From: Dimargaris cristalligena
Lineage: Eukaryota
DNA: 36,900 nt
Direction of reading: 5' to 3'
Assembly: GCA_003614675.1 (NCBI GenBank)
Contig: ML002370.1
Span: forward strand, 1 to 36,900
Part shown: positions 31,457-36,900 of the stretch, piece by piece
Position numbering within the stretch: position 1 is the first letter of the stretch
Layout of the letters: each line of letters opens with the position of its first letter
Program-made: the position numbers and the translations under genes
Notes under the pieces: generated by a model
Told to the model about the DNA's origin: nothing
The model's database searches: none
Seen by the model: the letters and a program-made list of their open reading frames with translations, nothing else

Positions 31457-33104
31457 AGGGTAAATATGGATAGTGAGTGGTGGCTAGATTTTATATAATT
31501 TCTTGTAGATTGTTGGGTCCAATTGCCATTTGTATCGGGATTGTTTTATTATATATGTGTGTTTTAATGAGAAACGGTATATAGGCAATTACCAATCAAT
31601 AGATTAAACGTGTATGATTGTTGACGTGGTCACAGATATGTATGGTAATCATTGTCATGGGACATTTTACGTGGTCATAAGACTTTAATATATCAATTAC
31701 TTGTATCCTTCACTCAGTGCAAATACGCCGATTATACCATCAATTTTTGAATCTAAACGAACCAAAATACTTATATAGTGGCACTAAATCTGCTCTGTAA
31801 CTGGGTTAATATCTGGTGATATATCCCTTGGGCCTGTCTACATACTGCAGCCCATATAGATAGATACACCTGCGACGCTTTGTCTGTTGTCTAGTATTTG
31901 AGTATTCCGTGTTTAACCACTCGACAATTCCCACACAGAGCAGCACGTTGCCAGCCACTTCCACCTGAATTCGCACTTAGGGAATGAGCCTGGGGTTTGG
32001 GGAATTCAAAGCCCTCCCTCCAAGACCCGGAATCCACCGGTACCCCTTAAGAGACCGCTGCTATAAGGCAAGTGGGAGAAATAGCGGTTGTCTCTCAGGT
32101 GGTGTCAGTTGGCCCTTTTCGATGGAGTAAAACCACTCTCCTACTGACGGCTCACTACACCAGTGAAACTCCAGAGGTTTGTGAATCGATGAATCACGCG
32201 GCATAGAGTAGTATAGTACACCACAAATGAATAAATTATTCGGGCCGCCCGAAAAAAAGAAGGGAGTGGGAGGGGTGTACAGAACTCACTAACTGTAGGG
32301 GAGAGTGCTCGGTTGGCGGACTTGCAAGTTTATTATCACTACAACGCCAAGTCGCCAATGGATGTGACGGGGTGTCGTCGAGTCAAGTTGGCCGCTTGGT
32401 GCACGGGGTCGGCGGGTGAATCAGTCTGTCTATCTATCCTTGGGGAGGGGAAATCTGCCACAGATTTAATTCTCGGCGTGTAGATAATGATGTGACAAAA
32501 GAATGGGCCCACCAAGCATCGAGGTCACATGCACCAGCACTATTGGCGGCCAGGCCAGCAGGGCAAAATCGGCCCGTTAATCATTCGCCCAAGTGGATAT
32601 GGTCTGACCTTACTACTGCTGCGAGAGGAGGAGGGAGGCTAAGGCGGGGCAGGGCGCATATATGCAGTACACTCCAGCATAGAACGAGTGAATGCGCCCA
32701 ATCCAACCCTCCTCCCCGTGACTTGTATCCTATTACACGCCTAGCTCCGATGGCGTGTTGCTCTCTATATGCTGTCCCTGACTTCATATCATAATAAATT
32801 CCTCTCACTACAAAACACCTCTCTTCCATCCATTTCTTTCCCCTTACCATTCACTTCCCCTTCCTTTGTTTAGTCACACCACTTCCGCACACACTATAAA
32901 TACTCGACCCCGCCCACTCTACGGCCGCCGCTGCATTTTCTTATTCTCCGACTATCCCCGACTCCCGCCCTAAATTTTTATGGTCAATAATTATAGAGGA
33001 CCTGGTCCCCCGGGCTGCTAAACTCGACCCATTCAGAACTTATATTGATTGTTATAGCCAAACACCCCTCTTTCACCCAATTAGTCGCATCCACCCGCCC
33101 CACC

Positions 33105-34568
33105 ATGTACTTTAACCTCCATTCGTTCGCCTCGCTTAAGTCTCTGTCCGAGACCCTCTTTTCCTCGACCTACTCTTGGGGCGCCCGTCTTCGTCCCTCT
33201 GCCTGGACCAGTCGCTCAACTGCCGCTGTGAATGCGCTGGTACATTCCCCCGCCCCTGTGGTCAACGGCCAACGAGTAGCCTCCCAAGTCGCTGACTCGA
33301 CCTCTACTACCCAACAGGCCTCTCCCACCCCTCCCGAACACCGTTCCCAGCTCAACCAGCTCCCTGTGCGCCCCCACTATGTGGCCCCTCGCCTGCCCGT
33401 CGTCCTTTGCCACGGTCTCTACGGCTTCGACACGCTAGGTCCGGAGTCCCTACCATCCCTGCGTATCCATTACTGGCGGGGGATTAAAGAAGCCATGACC
33501 GACGTGGGTGCCAAGGTCCACGTCACCCGGGTGCCCAGCTCCGGTAGCATTGCCCAGCGCGCGGAGGAGCTCCATAGCCAATTACGTCGGTGGTTCAATG
33601 GGCAGGAAATCAACCTATTGGGCCATTCCATGGGTGGCCTGGACGGACGCTACTTGATTAGCCACATCCAACCCAGTGAGTACCGCGTCCGGTCCCTATC
33701 CACCGTGTGTACCCCACACCGGGGCAGTCCCTTCATGGACTGGTGCCGGGATATTTTTGGGGTAGGTACCATCGCCTCCAATCGGCGCACGGGCAACTTC
33801 GACCCCGAAGAGGCCTGGCTCCAGCAGTACGGCCAAACCGCGTCCTCGGCCACCCATGACAATCCCCTGACCAGCCACCTTCTCCTTACCAACCCCCTCC
33901 GGGCCTGGCAGTTGTTTTACCAGAAGATTGCCGGTCTGCTCGACACCCCGGCCTACTCCAACCTCACTACCGAGTTCTGCAACCAGTTCTTTAACCCGTC
34001 TACCCCCAACCACCCGGACACCGCCTACTTCTCTTACGGCGCCTCGTACAATCCCAAAATCCATACCTGGTCGTCCCTCCGGCTCCCCTACGAAATTATT
34101 AGGAAGCGCGAGGGACCCAATGACGGAATGGTAAGTCTCTACAGCGCCCGCTGGGGCCAGTACATGGAAACCGTTAGTGCCGATCACTACGACGTGACCA
34201 ACCCCATGAAACTGTCCGAACTACGCGACTGGATCAGCAGCAGCTCACTCATGGCCACTCTCTACTCGCAGCTAGACTCGCTTTTAAGCTACTACTCCAC
34301 CTCATTGACCAAGGGTAGTAGCAATAGTAGGCCCGCCTCTGGTCTAGGTCAAAGCAATCCCATCCCGGCCCATGAGGCGGCGGCCACCATGGCCCATATC
34401 ACCCAAATGGCCCAGCACTTGGCTAACGAGAGCCAGCGCCCTTCGGTCCAGGCCGCGGTGGCCGACCAGGCCCACGATAAGCTCCAGCGTGCCCGCCAGC
34501 AGGGCCCCTTCGATGCCATTGATTTCTATCTGCGTATGGGGACCCACTTGTACAACCAGGGTTATTAG
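33105..34568 (+). CDS. TGL2: Tgl2-like triacylglycerol lipase (alpha/beta hydrolase), 487 aa from ATG 33105
   Basis: PVVLCHGLYGFD oxyanion region, GHSMGGLD nucleophile elbow, TPHRGSPFMDW, NDGMVS (catalytic Asp), ADH (catalytic His) and C-terminal FDAIDFYL. Start ATG has a CACC context; the track's TTG start at 33045 is less likely. Confidence 0.88.
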   Translation: MYFNLHSFASLKSLSETLFSSTYSWGARLRPSAWTSRSTAAVNALVHSPAPVVNGQRVASQVADSTSTTQQASPTPPEHRSQLNQLPVRPHYVAPRLPVVLCHGLYGFDTLGPESLPSLRIHYWRGIKEAMTDVGAKVHVTRVPSSGSIAQRAEELHSQLRRWFNGQEINLLGHSMGGLDGRYLISHIQPSEYRVRSLSTVCTPHRGSPFMDWCRDIFGVGTIASNRRTGNFDPEEAWLQQYGQTASSATHDNPLTSHLLLTNPLRAWQLFYQKIAGLLDTPAYSNLTTEFCNQFFNPSTPNHPDTAYFSYGASYNPKIHTWSSLRLPYEIIRKREGPNDGMVSLYSARWGQYMETVSADHYDVTNPMKLSELRDWISSSSLMATLYSQLDSLLSYYSTSLTKGSSNSRPASGLGQSNPIPAHEAAATMAHITQMAQHLANESQRPSVQAAVADQAHDKLQRARQQGPFDAIDFYLRMGTHLYNQGY

Positions 34569-35317
34569 GAGAGGCTGCCCTCTTCTGCCCATACGTTTCC
34601 CATCCGCAGCCGGTGGATGTCTTTTGCGGGTCCTTTCGGACCGACTTAATCCCCCTGATCCCATTGACCTTTTTGTATTTCTAAATGTAACCTCGGCGGC
34701 GACTGTGAAACTCTCCCATCCCTTTATTCACCTTGTCGCTTTCCACCCTCTCCTATTATTTTCCATTTTCGACCCGTTTGATACAGGCCATCCAATTAAG
34801 ACTGTGTATATCATTGACTATTTGCATGTATCCACCATATACATTCCCCCCTTTCCTTTATAGTTGGTCATTAGGAGTAGAGTAATTTTACCTCTTTCTT
34901 TTTTATCCAATTTTCCTAAATAAAATATTTGCGCCCAGTTCATATGGTATTTATTTACGTCGGTAGACTTTACCATATCATATTAGAATATACGACTAAT
35001 TTACTAATAGAACCGTCTTTACCGGGCGCATTTTCCTGTAGCTGAACTGACTTGGGCTTAAAAATATAGCAGAAAGGGAACCCCCCAGATCTATGGAGGG
35101 GGACGGGGGCCGAGTAATGTGCCCCAGGCACTGGGTCAAGTATCTAGACCATTTTAATCGGCCGTTCCTATCGGCCGAATGGGCCGCTACAGTATAAATG
35201 GTTTATTGAATAGGTTAACTAACTCTCTTAGGAATTACACCCTCTATAGCTGGGCCGAACTTCCCCCATATTTTATCATGATCCTAGAGTGAACTTTGGG
35301 TAAAAAGGGAGACGGTT

Positions 35318-35702
35318 TTACAGAACGAACTTTCCGAGTCGAGCGAGATGGTAATTGATATTGGGTACTCGCTTAGCCGGGGCTTTCTATTCATTGAAGG
35401 AGGTGGGATTGTGAGCGAATTGTACAAATATATATATATATGGGTGCCAGAATTGTTAGTATACTATATAACCGATATCGGTGAAAAAATTTAGGGCGGG
35501 TCATGGAGAAGAAAGTAGGAGCTATATGAGATCTACTTACGGGCTTGGCCATGCATTCCGAAAGGGCTTTGGCAGCGATGGCACAGTGTTGGTCATCGAT
35601 ACTCCGGGTGGCCCAACAGCTCATAACACTAGCCATTTCCAGAGTACACGGGGTAGCCGCAACGGCCTTCTTGGTGTTGACTTTAAGTTTCTTGATGTGC
35701 AT
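35318..35702 (-). CDS. MRP10: Mitochondrial small ribosomal protein mS37 (twin Cx9C/CHCH); exons 35702-35541 and 35386-35318 (76 aa)
   Basis: MHIKKLKV...PCTLEMASVMSCW...CAIAAKALSECMAKP ends at donor GTAAGT. Acceptor TAG then gives KAPAKRVPNINYHLARLGKFVL*. Twin Cx9C plus INYHLxRL tail are typical of Mrp10. Confidence 0.92.
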
Positions 35703-36083
35703 GGTTGTGATCTAGCACGGGGAGGTGCGGTAGGAATCGGCAAATAAATAATGAATAGTTCCGTTGGAGCGGTGGGCCAGAGTCCAGTGATTGGGAATTT
35801 AATAGTCGTTGATGGTCCAATGCAAAGGAGAAAGCTAGCTACTAGGTATTATTGATACAGGCCGGGGAATGCAGCTTAAGCAATGCCTGATCCAAGGGTT
35901 GCTGGTGTGACAATGGATTCAACTGGCGATCGAGACGTATCTTTGTGAGTTGGATGGGTTCCTCATCCACTAGTATTCCCAAATCTCACAACCAGCCTGA
36001 GTGGGTTGAGACTCCCACTTGACTGACTGGGGCTCCTCTGGCTATGGAAATATAACCTAAATTCGTCCTGTTTTGTACCCGTC

Positions 36084-36095
36084 CCAATCACGTGA
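36084..36095. promoter_or_regulatory. Overlapping CCAAT box and palindromic E-box (TCACGTGA) in the divergent MRP10 / Cbp3-like intergenic region
   Basis: CCAATCACGTGA lies near the midpoint between the two start codons (35702 and 36390). Confidence 0.4.
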
Positions 36096-36389
36096 CTAGA
36101 TTGAGTGGGCTTGCATCTCTCATGGGAATGGAAAGAGAGCTTCCGAATATCGAAAACAGGGTGCGACCGGGTAAAGGTAGCTTACCCCAAAGCTAAAGAA
36201 CAACACTGGTATTTGCACTGTTCAACAAAATACAGCCGCATTCATAGCCAACCCCTTTACGATCCGACTTCATTGGCAGTTGCATTTGTCTATTATTTCC
36301 ATTGCTTGTACCTTAGAGCCTATTTTCCTTAACTTGCATTTCCTAGGCCCAGTCACAGCACTTCTATTAGCTATTTATCAATATTCACC

Positions 36390-36900
36390 ATGAGTTTCGG
36401 GCGATTCCCTTCTTCGAGTTTGGTAAGCAGCGCTGGGCTGCGCCCCATGCGGCTGTCTTCTCCCGGCCTGTCCATCGTTCGGGTAGGTGTACTTTACAGT
36501 GTATTTGTTACCACCCTTTGGAAGTCGATTAGTTATGCACCTTTAGCACAACCTGTCGCGGACCACATACATATGTATCGATCGCGCCCAATGCTAACCA
36601 CCCCAGGCTCTTTGCATGCTTGATTATGACCTTTTGTTTTACCTTTCCTATTATTGTTGTAACCGATGGGCCCAACTCAGCCCGCGCGTGTTTATAGTAG
36701 TGACGCCCTCAACAAAAAACTCCGCGAAACGGCGCTTAAATCCAAAATGCCCGAGGAGACCGAACTCATGGCCACCAACTACAAATCCTTCAAAAGCAAG
36801 CCCATTATCCGCCTCACGGAATTCGTGTTTGGCCGTTACAAGCCGCAGTACTCGGCCATTCCCATTTCCGCCAATATCTACACGCGGTGTCGGGATCTGG
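36390..36900 (+). CDS. Mitochondrial protein, possibly Cbp3/UQCC1 (complex III chaperone); exon 1 36390-36482, exon 2 from 36681, runs off the window end
   Basis: Presequence MSFGRFPSSSLVSSAGLRPMRLSSPGLSIVR ends at donor GTAGGT (36483). Acceptor CAG at 36680 gives a phase-0 join to PARVYSSDALNKKLRETALKSKMPEE...FVFGRYKPQYSAIPISANIYTRCRDL, with an R-x-Y-S-S cleavage motif. The gene model is solid; the Cbp3 identity rests only on a loose Y..A......Y..C resemblance. Confidence 0.6.

Noticed and set aside
1-36900. CRISPR arrays, rRNA, prokaryotic operons or defence systems
   Set aside because: Sequence is intron-containing eukaryotic DNA; no repeat-spacer array or rRNA motifs seen.

Overview
Eukaryotic fungal genomic DNA: GT-AG introns with CTAAC/GTAAC-type branch points, GC3-rich exons and compact genes. 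The gene style suggests an early-diverging fungus, possibly a Zoopagomycota mycoparasite such as Dimargaris (inference only). Left arm: intronless ZPR1, a two-exon SAP-domain protein with a NuSAP/Mink-like motif, and five-exon eIF2B-epsilon (GCD6) on the minus strand. Middle (about 9.4-16.9 kb): a gene-poor accessory block containing an almost CpG-free island with LTR-like relics, a small secreted protein built from three 35-aa F-box-like repeats, and decayed ORFs. Then comes an 11.3-kb single-exon gene encoding a 3781-aa protein (about 2700 aa Pro-rich disordered region plus a roughly 7-TM membrane domain and a soluble C-terminal domain). Four consecutive genes for predicted mitochondrial proteins follow: ADCK1/Mcp2-like UbiB kinase, Tgl2-like lipase, MRP10 and a Cbp3-like gene cut by the window edge. 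The best novelty candidates are the secreted tandem-F-box effector, the fungal NuSAP-like gene and the giant membrane protein.
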